Assembly: GCA_050115495.1 (NCBI GenBank)
Contig: JASFQK010000014.1
Location: 64,001-128,000 of the forward strand
Direction of reading: 5' to 3'
DNA from: Phycisphaerae bacterium
GTDB taxonomy: Bacteria; Planctomycetota; Phycisphaerae; UBA1845; Fen-1342
DNA length: 64,000 nt
The notes beneath the pieces are model-generated. The model saw only the letters and a program-made list of their open reading frames with translations. It was not told where the DNA came from and made no database searches. Positions 41,002 to 51,119 of this stretch are shown in pieces. Position 1 is the first letter of the stretch. Each line of letters opens with the position of its first letter. The position numbers and the translations under genes were made by a program.

Positions 41002-42336
41002 ATGATGCGTCTGATTGCTGCGCTCACGCTGGTCGCATTAGTGGCTGTCGGCCCGGCCATCGCGGGCGACCCACCCCGGCCCAATCTCGAAAAGCCGGTG
41101 GATTACATCAAGTGGTACAACGACGAGTTCGGCAAAGGGCTTCGCGAAAACGCGGCAGACCTGTACCGCGAAGCGGTGGCCGACTTCGAAGTTGACGAGG
41201 AAACCTCCGACCTGCTCGCCGCCGGCGCGGACGGCACGTGGACGGAGGAGCAGGTCGAGCCGCTGCGGGAGCTGATCAACGAACACGAAGAGAACCTGAG
41301 GAAGCTCGCGGAGGGCGCTCGTCTCAGCGATTGCCATTTCCACCTCGAGTCGGAGTCGGGCGTAGCGTTCGAGATTGAGCTGCCGGAGTTCCGGCTGCTT
41401 CGGGCCTTGGCGCGGCTGGCTGCGACCCGCGCCCGTTTCCGGTTCGCCGAGGGCCGGATCGACGAGGGTATGGACGACGTATGCGCTATGCTTGGCCTAG
41501 CCGAGCATCTGCGGCAGCAGCCCCTGGTGATCTCATATCTCTTCGGCCTCGCTTGCAGCGCGACAGCGTACGATGTGCTGTACGACCTGCCGCTCGTTGC
41601 GACCGGGCTGGTGGACTACGAGAAGCAGGTGCTCAGCAAGCTGAACGCGGTGGACCGCGCGCCGCGTTCACCCACGAAGCAGATCAGCGGAGAGAGGGCC
41701 TGCGCCTTCGATTTCGCCCAGCGGTTCCTGCGCGATATGGACAGCGACGGGCGAATTGACTACCTGGCGGCGCCCAACATCCCCGGCATGAGCAATCAGA
41801 GCGTCCCCGTCGCTCCGCCGCAGAGGTTCGACGAGATCATCAAGGAAGTGGACGCCATGTACACGCGAATAGGCAAGCTCTACGACGGGGACTACGCCGT
41901 CGCTCGCAAGCGGGCCGATACGCTGGAGCGGGACCTTGCCGCCAAGAAAGGCACAATAGTCGGCATCCTCGTCCCCGGGCTGACCGAGGTGATGCGGCTC
42001 TATTACCGGGTGCGCACCGAGCGTAACGCCTGCCGCGTCATGTTCCATCTGCACGCCTGGCACGCCGAGCACGGCCGCTGGCCCGAGACGCTTGCCGAGG
42101 CTCTGTCCAAGCGCGTGCTCCGCAGGTTCTCGGACCCGTTCTCCGATAAGCCGTTCGGTTATCGGCTCCAGGACGGCAAGCCCGTGGTCTACTCGGTCAG
42201 CCTGGACGGCGTCGACAACGACGGCGACGCCGGTGGCAAAGACAAGCCAGACTGGCATGACGCCCCCGACTACGTCTTCTGGCCCCGCCCGAAACCCTCA
42301 ACGATCCCGCAGCCGGCCTCACAGCCCGGGGAGTAG
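41002..42336 (+). CDS. Secreted hypothetical helical protein with GspG-like C-terminal motif
   Basis: GGAGG RBS; signal peptide; G..P..L..L...DPF...F.Y....YSV..DG.DN.G; alternative start 40969. Confidence 0.75.
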   Translation: MMRLIAALTLVALVAVGPAIAGDPPRPNLEKPVDYIKWYNDEFGKGLRENAADLYREAVADFEVDEETSDLLAAGADGTWTEEQVEPLRELINEHEENLRKLAEGARLSDCHFHLESESGVAFEIELPEFRLLRALARLAATRARFRFAEGRIDEGMDDVCAMLGLAEHLRQQPLVISYLFGLACSATAYDVLYDLPLVATGLVDYEKQVLSKLNAVDRAPRSPTKQISGERACAFDFAQRFLRDMDSDGRIDYLAAPNIPGMSNQSVPVAPPQRFDEIIKEVDAMYTRIGKLYDGDYAVARKRADTLERDLAAKKGTIVGILVPGLTEVMRLYYRVRTERNACRVMFHLHAWHAEHGRWPETLAEALSKRVLRRFSDPFSDKPFGYRLQDGKPVVYSVSLDGVDNDGDAGGKDKPDWHDAPDYVFWPRPKPSTIPQPASQPGE

Positions 42337-42591
42337 TCCCACCCGCCGGTGCTGAGCGCCTCCGTTCGGCGGTCCGTTTCAGACGGTCGGCGTCCGATTG
42401 CGCCAGGACCCCGGAAAAGCTGTCCTGCCCGCCCGTCACACCTGTTGTTCCAGGATGAAGCCCCCCTGCGCGCAAGACGATAACTACTGCGTGTAGCCGG
42501 CTGCCGCTGCCGCGCAGACCCTGCGCTCGGCGCGGCGGTGCCGGCGAGCCTCGATACAGGAAAACCGCAGCAACGAACGAGAGGTTGCCCC

Positions 42592-44211
42592 ATGTATGCC
42601 ATCCCAGCGCCGCACCGCGGAACGCCCTGGATCGCCCTACTCGTCCTGGCCCTGCTCACCGGACCGGCCTATGCCCAGGACATCGTCTACCAGGCTGTGC
42701 AGCTCGGCACGCTCGGCGGCGGCTCCGGCGACAGCGAAGGCTGGGCCATCAACGACTACGGCCAGATCGTCGGCCGCTCGCACAGCTCCGCCGGCGAGCC
42801 GCACATGTTCCACTGGGAAAACTACGAGATGCTCGATCTGAACATCGAGCTCCAGTGGGATCGGCGGATCCAACAGCTCATCTACGGCGTGGGCTTCGAC
42901 ATCTCGAACACCGACCTGATCGCCGGTGCGACGCAGTGCTCGCCGATGTGCCCGCCCGATGAGCTGGACTCGGACGTCCCCGGTGGCAAGTACGTCCACG
43001 CCTGCCTCTTCCGCCCGGCCGTCATGAGCGATCTGGGCACGCCCTATCCCGGCGACGGACTGACGATTCTCGGCACGCTCGGCAGCGGCCTGTACAGCGC
43101 GGCCACCGGCGTGTCGCCCGGCGGGCTCTACGTCGTCGGTTGGTCCGACACGAACACGTATGGGAGCTTCCACGGCTTCCTGGTCACGCCCGTCAACGGC
43201 GAGTGGAGCGACCGCTGCGTGATCTGCGACGACCCGGCGAACACGCTGCTGAAAGATCTGGGCACGCTGCGCACGCCGGACGAGGTTAGCAGCGCCACCG
43301 CGGTCAACGACGCCGGCCAGGTCGTCGGCTGGTCCTACACCGAGTTCCCCGGCGACACCGCCAAGAGCGGATACTCCGCGTTCCTCATCGAGTTCCCCGG
43401 CGACACGAACGCTGACGGCGTCCTCGACCAGTGGTCGGTCGATGCCAACAGCGACGGGGCCAACGACCTGATGATCGATCTGGGTACGCTCGGCGGGCAC
43501 AATAGCTGGGCCCGCGACATCAACAGCGACGCCATCGTCGTCGGGGAGTCGGACGTCGGTGACTGGATGACGCAGGCGTTCCTCTGGCACCCGGACACGC
43601 GGACGATGCTGCCGCTCGGTACGCTGGGCGGCGAGAACAGCAGCGCCTGCGCCGTCAACAACGTCGGCCAGGTCGTCGGCTGGGCCATGAACGCCGACGA
43701 TGACAAGCGGGCCTTCATCGTCAATCCGCAGGATACCGACGGCAACGGTCTGCCCGACCGTTGGTTCGTCGACGAGGACAACGACGGCGTCAACGATCTC
43801 ATGACCGACCTGAACTCGCTGCTGCCCAGCGGCTTCGGCGTGCGTCTCACCGAGGCACGCGGCATCAACGACAGCGGCCAGATCACCGGCTGGGGCACGA
43901 TCGGCGCCGGCGACAACGTGCAGCGCATGGCCGTCCTGCTCATGCCCGTTCCGGCGAGCGGAGCCGGCGGCGGCGGTGGCAGCACGGGCGTTCGCCAGGA
44001 CGCCGTCCTCGAACCCATCGAAGCCGACGTCAACGGCGGCGGCGACGACGACAACACGGTCGATACCAGCGACGGAACCAGCGCGCCGCTGACGTTCGGA
44101 CCGCTGCACTTCCTGTGCGGCATGGGTCTGAACAGCATGGTGCCGCTGGCGCTCGCCGGCCTGTGCGGCCTGAAGCTCGGCTTCGGCCGGCCGCGTCGCC
44201 GGCTGCGCTGA
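42592..44211 (+). CDS. Secreted HAF-repeat protein with CG-TM-RRR C-terminus
   Basis: Repeated DLGTLGG..S.A..IN..GQVVG.S......AF; tail LCGMG-hydrophobic-RPRRRLR. Confidence 0.85.
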   Translation: MYAIPAPHRGTPWIALLVLALLTGPAYAQDIVYQAVQLGTLGGGSGDSEGWAINDYGQIVGRSHSSAGEPHMFHWENYEMLDLNIELQWDRRIQQLIYGVGFDISNTDLIAGATQCSPMCPPDELDSDVPGGKYVHACLFRPAVMSDLGTPYPGDGLTILGTLGSGLYSAATGVSPGGLYVVGWSDTNTYGSFHGFLVTPVNGEWSDRCVICDDPANTLLKDLGTLRTPDEVSSATAVNDAGQVVGWSYTEFPGDTAKSGYSAFLIEFPGDTNADGVLDQWSVDANSDGANDLMIDLGTLGGHNSWARDINSDAIVVGESDVGDWMTQAFLWHPDTRTMLPLGTLGGENSSACAVNNVGQVVGWAMNADDDKRAFIVNPQDTDGNGLPDRWFVDEDNDGVNDLMTDLNSLLPSGFGVRLTEARGINDSGQITGWGTIGAGDNVQRMAVLLMPVPASGAGGGGGSTGVRQDAVLEPIEADVNGGGDDDNTVDTSDGTSAPLTFGPLHFLCGMGLNSMVPLALAGLCGLKLGFGRPRRRLR

Positions 44212-44309
44212 AGACGTTCCCACTCTGCAACGGTCATTCCGCGACAGCGTGCGCGCGACTATAATCGCGCGCCGCGCTGACGCGCCGACAGCCGCGCCGC
44301 GGCCGATGA

Positions 44310-44852
44310 ATGACCATGCGTCCCACCGCCCCGAACAACCTGATCGCCGGCTTGCCTCAGGACGAAGTCGCCCTGGCCTCGCCCCTGTGCCCGGTAGACC
44401 GCCTACCCCGTCGGCGGCGTAACCAGATCTGCATCCTCATTATCGCCGTCGGCCTGGTGAACTTCCTGGCGTACACGCTGGGCTACGCGATCATCGGCGG
44501 CGACGCACACAACGGCTACCGCCGGCAGGTCACGGCGACCGACGGGACCACGCGGCAGGCGTACTTCGTGCGGGGCGATCATGTGCGGAGCCTCGCCGGC
44601 CGCGAGACGCAGGTCAGCCGCAGCCTGTGGATCTACAGCTACCTGCACTCGATCACGGTGCCGCTGACGTCGGGGGCGCTGATCATCAGCATGCTCGTGC
44701 TGGCCCGCCCGCACATCATCGCCACGATGCGGCACGGGTGGATCAGCGGACAGACGTTCGTGACGGCGTTCGGCACGATCGTCATCCTGGCGACGGTCTC
44801 GGCCACGGTGCTGCTCGTGGGACATTTCGTCGCCGAAATGGGTGGGTCGTAG
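44310..44852 (+). CDS. Hypothetical membrane protein (3 TM)
   Basis: Three hydrophobic segments; GGDAHNG; TATAAT at 44260. Confidence 0.7.
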   Translation: MTMRPTAPNNLIAGLPQDEVALASPLCPVDRLPRRRRNQICILIIAVGLVNFLAYTLGYAIIGGDAHNGYRRQVTATDGTTRQAYFVRGDHVRSLAGRETQVSRSLWIYSYLHSITVPLTSGALIISMLVLARPHIIATMRHGWISGQTFVTAFGTIVILATVSATVLLVGHFVAEMGGS

Positions 44853-46819
44853 TGGTGGACGGGGTGGCAATCGCCGACTGGCTGGCCGAAGAGGGCCCTC
44901 TCGCCCAGCGTTTGCCGGGCTTTGAGGTTCGGCCCGAGCAGCGTGAGATGGCGATGGTCGTCGCCAAAGCCTTCGAGGACGGCAGACACCTAGCCGTCGA
45001 GGCCGGAACGGGTATCGGCAAGACGTTCGCCTACCTTCTGCCGGCGATCGAGCAGGTCGCCCGGAACAAACGCCGGGTTGCCATCAGTACGCACACCATC
45101 GCGCTACAGGAGCAGATCTTTCAGAAGGATCTGCCGTTTCTGCAGGAGGCGCTGGGCGTGCCGTTCAAGGCGGAGCTGGTCAAGGGCCGCACGAACTACG
45201 TCGCCCTTCGCCGGCTGAAGCAGACGAGCGAGCGGCAGAAAGCGTTGTTCAGCGATCGCAAGCTGCTGACTGCGCTGCACGCGATCGAGGATTGGGCGTA
45301 CGAGACGGAGGACGGCTCGCTGAGCGATCTGCCGACGTCGCCGCCGGCGGAGTTGTGGGACAAGGTGCGCAGCGAGCACGGCAACTGCCTGGGGCGGCGG
45401 TGCCCGACGTACCTGGCGTGCTTCTATCAGCGGGCTCGCCGGCGGGCCGAGGCGGCCGACATTCTCGTGGTCAACCACGCCCTGCTGGTGGCCGATCTGC
45501 TGCTCCGCCGGGAGGGGGCGAGCGTGCTGCCCGATTACGATCTGGCGGTCATCGACGAGGCGCACACGCTCGAACAGGTGGCGACGGATCATCTGGGCAA
45601 CAGCGTCTCAAACGCCAACGTGCAGCACGTGCTGGCGGGGCTGTTCAACGAACGGACGGGCAAGGGGCTCTTGGGCAGTGTCGGCGATGATGGGCAGCGC
45701 AAGGCGGTGACCACGGCGCAGTCGGCGGCCACGCGGTTTTTCAACGACCTGGCGGCGTGGCAGCAGCACCGCGGGCGGGCCAATGGGCGGCTCGTCGCGC
45801 CGCGACCGGTGCCCAACCCGCTATCGCCGGCGCTGGCCGAGATGGCCAAAGGGCTGCGCGGGTTGCAGAAGAGCCTGCCGCGAGAGGAGGATCAGCGCGA
45901 GCTCGGTGCGCAGCTCGACCGGGCCGAGGGGCTCGGTCAATCGCTCGAAGCCCTGCTCGAACAGAATTACGAGGAGCACGTCTACTGGATCGAGCATGAT
46001 GCGGCCCGGACGCGGCGGATCGCGGTCTGCGGGGCGCCGCTCGACGCCGGGGCGTTTCTGCGGGAGATGCTGTTCGAACGGGTGAAGAGCGTCGTGCTGA
46101 CCAGCGCGACGCTGACCACCGCCGGCGATAGCAGCTTTTCGTATTTGCTGTCGCGGCTGGGGACTCCGCCGGCGGAAGCGGTGCAGCTCGGCTCGCCGTT
46201 CGATTTTGCCAGGCAGGTGGTCGTGCACGTGGAGGCGGGGATGCCGGACCCGTCCAGCGGTCGGCGGTTCGTGGAGGCGGCGGCCACGGCCGTCACGAGC
46301 TATCTTCGCCAGACGGAGGGGCGGGCGTTTGTGCTATTCACGAGCTACCAGATGCTGGGTGAGGTCGCGGCGATCGTGCGTGCAGACCTGGAGGCCGACG
46401 GCTACACGATTCTGGCGCAGGGGGAGGAACTGTCGCGCTCGCGCATGCTGACGGCGTTGCGCGAGACGCCGCGAACGGCCATCTTCGGCACGGACAGCTT
46501 CTGGCAGGGTGTGGACGTGGTCGGGTCGGCGCTGTCGAACGTGACGATTGTGAAGCTGCCCTTCGCGGTGCCGGATCGGCCGATGGTCGAGGCCCGCGTC
46601 GACCTGATCCGCCGGCGCGGCGGCAACCCGTTCAACGATTACCAGCTTCCCGAGGCGGTGCTGAAGTTCCGCCAGGGGTTCGGCCGCCTGATCCGCAGCC
46701 GGAACGACACCGGCATCGTGGTCATTCTCGACCCGCGGGTGGTGACGAAGCATTACGGGCGGCGGTTCCTGGACAGCCTACCCCCCTGCCCGCAGGAGGT
46801 TTCCCAGCAGCCTTGGTGA
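44852..46819 (+). CDS. DinG/YoaA-family Fe-S DEAH helicase
   Basis: [15 protein letters not shown], Cys-rich C...CP....[32 protein letters not shown]; start approximate. Confidence 0.93.
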   Translation: MVDGVAIADWLAEEGPLAQRLPGFEVRPEQREMAMVVAKAFEDGRHLAVEAGTGIGKTFAYLLPAIEQVARNKRRVAISTHTIALQEQIFQKDLPFLQEALGVPFKAELVKGRTNYVALRRLKQTSERQKALFSDRKLLTALHAIEDWAYETEDGSLSDLPTSPPAELWDKVRSEHGNCLGRRCPTYLACFYQRARRRAEAADILVVNHALLVADLLLRREGASVLPDYDLAVIDEAHTLEQVATDHLGNSVSNANVQHVLAGLFNERTGKGLLGSVGDDGQRKAVTTAQSAATRFFNDLAAWQQHRGRANGRLVAPRPVPNPLSPALAEMAKGLRGLQKSLPREEDQRELGAQLDRAEGLGQSLEALLEQNYEEHVYWIEHDAARTRRIAVCGAPLDAGAFLREMLFERVKSVVLTSATLTTAGDSSFSYLLSRLGTPPAEAVQLGSPFDFARQVVVHVEAGMPDPSSGRRFVEAAATAVTSYLRQTEGRAFVLFTSYQMLGEVAAIVRADLEADGYTILAQGEELSRSRMLTALRETPRTAIFGTDSFWQGVDVVGSALSNVTIVKLPFAVPDRPMVEARVDLIRRRGGNPFNDYQLPEAVLKFRQGFGRLIRSRNDTGIVVILDPRVVTKHYGRRFLDSLPPCPQEVSQQPW

Positions 46820-46830
46820 GGCGCCGGCGC

Positions 46831-46866
46831 AGAAAAGAGCGGGAGGACGCCGAAGCATCCTCCCGC
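46831..46866 (-). terminator. Intrinsic terminator after the Cys paralog
   Basis: Minus strand GCGGGAGGATGC-TTCG-GCGTCCTCCCGC-TCTTTTCT. Confidence 0.8.
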
Positions 46867-46890
46867 ATCGAGGTCGCGTGTGCGCTGCGA

Positions 46891-48867
46891 CTAGCGTGAG
46901 ATCAACTGCACGAACGGCCCAATGTCGAAGTTGTTGAGCTGGCCGTCCTCGTTGACATCACCGAACATCGGATCGCACTCCGGGTATTGCTCGGCGTAGC
47001 CCTCGGGGTTGGTCAGGGCCAGCACGAACGGGGCGATATCGAAGTTGTCGACGACACCGTCACAGTTCAGGTCGCCGGTGCCGGACAGCGTCGCGATGCA
47101 GCCCCACTGGCTGAGGCTGGTCGTCACCAGGTCAACGTTTCGCGCCATGACGCCGAAGCAGTAGGTTATTTCCGGCTGCAAGCCGTACACGACGAGGTCG
47201 TCCCAGTCGCCCAACTGCTGCCAGACGGCGTCTTCGTCATTCGTACCGGTGGCGTAACCGAGCTCGTCGATCCACTGACCGTCCATCGCCGGGTCGCCGG
47301 TGGTGTAGGCGCACTGGATGGCGAACTCGGTGGTGGCCGGGTTGCTGGCGGGATCGATCGTGACGGCGATCGTCTGGGCGCCGGTGGCGACAAGGGTCGG
47401 GCGGCCGGGGCGCATGGCCAGTGTGTAGGCCGAGGCCGGGTCGCTGTAGCCGGTCTCGTTGCCCGAGCCGTCACGCGCCTTGACCTCGTACGTGTAGGCC
47501 GTGTTGGGCTGGAGACCGGTATTGGCGTAGCCACGCGTGGGCTGCCAGCCGCTGTCGGCGCCGCCCGAGCCGCCGGAGACGAGGTGGAAGTAGTACTCGA
47601 TCGCGGGCGAACCGCTGTCCGAGGCCTCGACCGCACTCATGGTGACCTGCGTGTCGCTGGTCGCGGCCGGAAACAGTTCGAACTCCATCGGATCGGGCGT
47701 GGGCGGCGTCACATCGGCCGGGCCGAGAACGTTGAGGTAGAACTCGCCGGTCGCAGCATCGTTGCCGGCAACGCGGATGTAGTACGTCTCGGCCTCATAC
47801 ACGTCCACGTCCAGGCAGGACTGGAGGGAACCGACGTCGCAGATGTCGCTATCGTCGTTGCAGGCAAGCTGGTTGGCCGCAGTGCCCGGACACCCGGTGT
47901 GCACGGACAGGACGGTGTCCAGAGTTGAGCCGCAGGTGTCGAGGTAGAGCGTGCCGTCGGCCTTGGCGGTGTAAGTGTACCAGACGTCGGGGGAGGAGTT
48001 GGACGAGCCGCAACTGGCGGAGCCGTCATTGGTGGCGTCGCTGGTGTGGCCCTCTTCCGTGCCGTCCTCCACGTCGCGAGCGTCGGAGCAGTCGTCGGCC
48101 GGTCCCGAGGGCGGGAAGGGCCAGAGCATCGTATGCGACTGGAAGACTTCGGCGCGGTTGCTGGGTCCGCCGGTCGATTGGGGCTCCTGGGCCCAGATGA
48201 TGATCTTGATGTTGCTCTGGTGGGACCAGCTATACGAATCGAACGTGAACTGCCGCTCCACGGTCTGGCACTGACCGGGACTGAGGTAGATGTCCTGGGT
48301 GGCAGCGGCCTGCTTGAAGCCGTTGCGGCAATAGCTGGGGCTGGTCGGCCAGTGGTCGAGAACCTGCACCATGTAGATGCGCATGCTCTTGGCCGTGCCA
48401 CCGGCCTCCATGCAGATGGTGGCTTCGACGTTGTAGGTGGTGCCGCTGACGAAATCGCCGGTGGCGGTGATGATCACGTCCGTCGGCAGGACGGCTCGGC
48501 TGTTAAACTCGTTGTAGTAAAGGGCATACGTGTGGCTGCCGCTGTGCTTGACCGTACCGTCGAAGTAGGTCGTCGGATACCCGGTGGCATCCTGGTAGAA
48601 GCTCCAGCGGGCGTTGGCCCAGGAGGTTTCGTAGTCGTCGCCGCGGTGAATCTGGACAAACGAGAACGTGGTCGGGTAGTTCTCCATCAACTGGGCCAGG
48701 ATCGGGCCGGCCTGTGCGCAATAGCTGCACCAGGTCGCGGTGAATTCCTCCCCCAGCACTGTCCGCGTCGCTCCGGAGGCGGTTACGGGCATCGCTGCGA
48801 GAACCACGATCGCCAGGATCCCCCCGAGCCACAAGCTTCTCCGTGTGTAGCTACAACAGCCTTCCAT
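46891..48867 (-). CDS. Secreted thioredoxin-fold (CxxC)/Omp28-like multidomain protein with PPC-like, FN3-like and dockerin-like domains; Cys isoform
   Basis: Signal peptide; EEFTATWCSYC; GYPT cis-Pro-like motif; PDVWY..DTVLSV..CNDD; FN3 Y.Y.VKARD; dockerin; AAGGAG 6 nt before ATG 48867 (alternative 48873). Confidence 0.85.
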   Translation of the reverse strand: MEGCCSYTRRSLWLGGILAIVVLAAMPVTASGATRTVLGEEFTATWCSYCAQAGPILAQLMENYPTTFSFVQIHRGDDYETSWANARWSFYQDATGYPTTYFDGTVKHSGSHTYALYYNEFNSRAVLPTDVIITATGDFVSGTTYNVEATICMEAGGTAKSMRIYMVQVLDHWPTSPSYCRNGFKQAAATQDIYLSPGQCQTVERQFTFDSYSWSHQSNIKIIIWAQEPQSTGGPSNRAEVFQSHTMLWPFPPSGPADDCSDARDVEDGTEEGHTSDATNDGSASCGSSNSSPDVWYTYTAKADGTLYLDTCGSTLDTVLSVHTGCPGTAANQLACNDDSDICDVGSLQSCLDVDVYEAETYYIRVAGNDAATGEFYLNVLGPADVTPPTPDPMEFELFPAATSDTQVTMSAVEASDSGSPAIEYYFHLVSGGSGGADSGWQPTRGYANTGLQPNTAYTYEVKARDGSGNETGYSDPASAYTLAMRPGRPTLVATGAQTIAVTIDPASNPATTEFAIQCAYTTGDPAMDGQWIDELGYATGTNDEDAVWQQLGDWDDLVVYGLQPEITYCFGVMARNVDLVTTSLSQWGCIATLSGTGDLNCDGVVDNFDIAPFVLALTNPEGYAEQYPECDPMFGDVNEDGQLNNFDIGPFVQLISR

Positions 48868-48901
48868 CTCCATCTCCTTGAACGGTGTCCCAAAGCTGCT
48901 T

Positions 48902-48995
48902 CACCGGCATCGATTTGGGGTAGTCCCACCCCAATCGACCGGAACGGTCGCCGGTGCCTCCATGAGACAGCGTACTCAATTGATGGAAGGGTTGC
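48902..48995 (-). promoter_or_regulatory. Conserved promoter-like motif and structured 5' leader, copy 1
   Basis: GCAACC-N9-ATTGAGTACGCTGTCTCA then a three-stem structure (48956-48902), homologous to 51120-51218. Confidence 0.6.
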
Positions 48996-49111
48996 TACCT
49001 TTTTCGGCCCCTTTTGCGCGCACAACATCCCTGTGGACCCTCAGAGGGGCCTGAAGAGGCCCGGGTGGGGGGCGCCGCAGCGTCCCCCACTCAGGGGGCT
49101 TTGCGCTGCGC

Positions 49112-51088
49112 CTAGCGCGAGATCAACTGCACGAACGGCCCAATATCGAAGTTATTGAGTTCACCGTCCTCGTTGATGTCGCCAAACAGGCGGTCGCAGT
49201 CTGGGTACCGCTCGGCGTAGCCCTCCGGGTTGGTCAGGGCCAGCACGAACGGGGCAATATCGAAGTTGTCGACGGTACCGTCGCAGTTCATGTCGCCGAG
49301 GCCGGACAGCGTCGCGGCACAACTCCACTGACTGAGACTGGTCATCACCATATCCACGTTCCGCGCTTTCACGCCGAAGCAGTACGTGATTTCCGGTTGC
49401 AAGCCGCGCACCGTGAGGGTGCCCCACGCATCCAACGACTGCCAGACAGCATCCTCGTCATTGGTCCCGTGGGCGTAGCCGAACTCGTCGATCCACTGGC
49501 CTTCCATCGCCGGGTCGCCGGTGGTGTAGGCGCACTGGATGGCGAACTCGGTGTAGGCCGGGTTGCTGGCCGGATCGATCACGAGGTCCATGTTCCGGCC
49601 GCTCAAGGGGGTGAGCGTCGGGCGACCGGGGCGCATGGCCAGCGTGTTAGCCGAGGCCGGATCGCTGTAGGCCGTCTCGTTGTCCGAGCCGTCGCGCGCC
49701 TTCACCTCGTAGGTGTAGGCCGTGTTGGGCTGGAGACCGGTGTCGATGTAGCCACGGTCGGGCTGCCAGCCGCTGTCGGTGCCACCCGACCCGCCGGAGA
49801 CGACGTGGAAGTAGTACTCGATGGCCGGTGAGCCGTTGTCCGAGGCCTCGACCGCACTCATGGTGATCTGCGATTCGCTGGTCGCGAACGGAAGCAGCTC
49901 GAACTCCATCGGATCGGGCGTGGGCGGCGTCACGTCGGCCGGGCCGAGCACGTTGAGGTAGAACTCGCCCGTCGCGCCGTCGTTGCCGGCGATGCGGATG
50001 TAGTACGTCTCGGCCTCATACACGTCCACCTCCAGGTAGGACTGGAGGGAGCCGGTGCCGCAGACGTCGCTGTCGTCGTTGCAGCCGAGCTCGTTGGCCG
50101 CGGTGCCCGGGCACCCGGTGTGCACGGACAGGACGGTATCCAGCGCCGAGCCGCAAGTGTCGACGATGAGCGTGCCGTCGGCCTTGGCGGTGTAGGCGTA
50201 CCACACGTCCGGGGACGAGTTGGACGAGCCGCAACTGGCCGAGCCGTCATTGGTAGCGTCATTGGTATGACCGTCTTCGGTGCCATCCTCGATATCGCGG
50301 GCGTCACTGCAGTTGTCCGCCGGTCCCGAGGGCGGGAAGGGCCAGAGCATGGTGTGCGACTGGAAGACCTCAGCGCGGTCGCTGGGTCCGCCGGTCGATT
50401 GAGGCTCCTGGGCCCAAATGATAATCTTGATGTTGTTCTGGTTGGCCCAACTGGTGCTGTCGAACGTGAACTGTCGTTCGACGGTCTGGCACTGGCCGGG
50501 GGTGAGGTAGATGTCCTGCGTCGTGGCGCCCTGCTTGAGCCCGTTGCGGTGGTAGTTGGGGCTGCTCGGCCAGTAGTCGAGCACCTGCACCATGTAGATG
50601 CGCATGCTCTTGGCCGTGCCACCGGACTCCATGCAGATGGTCGCCGTGACGTTGTACGTCGTACCGCTGATGTAATCACCGGTCGCCTCGATCAACACGT
50701 CGGTGGGGAGCACTTGGCGGCTGTGAAATTCGTTGTAGTAGAGGCTGTAAACGTGACTGCCGCTGTGCCGCACCGTGGCGTCAAAGAACGTGGTGGGGTA
50801 GCCGGTGAGGTCAACGTAGAAGTTCCACCGGGCATTACCCCAGCTCGTGCCGTAAGAGTCGTTGTAGTGGATTTGAACGAACGAGAAGGTGTTGGGATAG
50901 TTGTTGAGTAGTTGGCTTAAGACGGGACCCGCCTGAGAACAATAGCCTCAGCCGGTGTTGGTGAACTCTTCGCCCAGGACGACACGGGTAGCCCCGGAAG
51001 CCGTCATGGGCGTCGCTGCCACGAGCGCGGCGCCCAGGATCCCCCAGAGCCAGAGGCTTCTCCTTCGGTCGCTGCTACAGCCTTGCAT
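49112..51088 (-). CDS. Predicted selenoprotein: UxxC paralog of the adjacent gene, in-frame TGA at 50950-50948
   Basis: Reading through TGA gives MQGCSSDRRRSLWLWGILGAALVAATPMTASGATRVVLGEEFTNTG-U-GYCSQAGPVL..., collinear with and equal in length to the Cys paralog; SECIS-like hairpin follows. Confidence 0.88.
50914..50947 (-). promoter_or_regulatory. Bacterial SECIS-like stem-loop
   Basis: UGA-GGCUAUUGUUCUC-AGGCGG-GUC-CCGUCU-UAAGCC; G-led loop starts after 19 nt; basal GGCU/AGCC pairing. Confidence 0.75.
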
Positions 51089-51119
51089 CTCCATCTCCTT
51101 AAACAGTGTTTAGATGGCA

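Noticed and set aside
50948..50950. Genome-wide UGA reassignment to Trp or Gly
   Set aside because: TGA is a normal stop for many genes here (mutM, tetR, nusB), and the codon aligns with Cys rather than the preceding Trp.
49112..51094. Pseudogene or truncated 553-aa ORF starting at 50773
   Set aside because: The only lesion is a TGA at the catalytic Cys position with a SECIS-like hairpin; signal peptide, RBS and length are intact. This would be reopened if the genome lacks sel genes.
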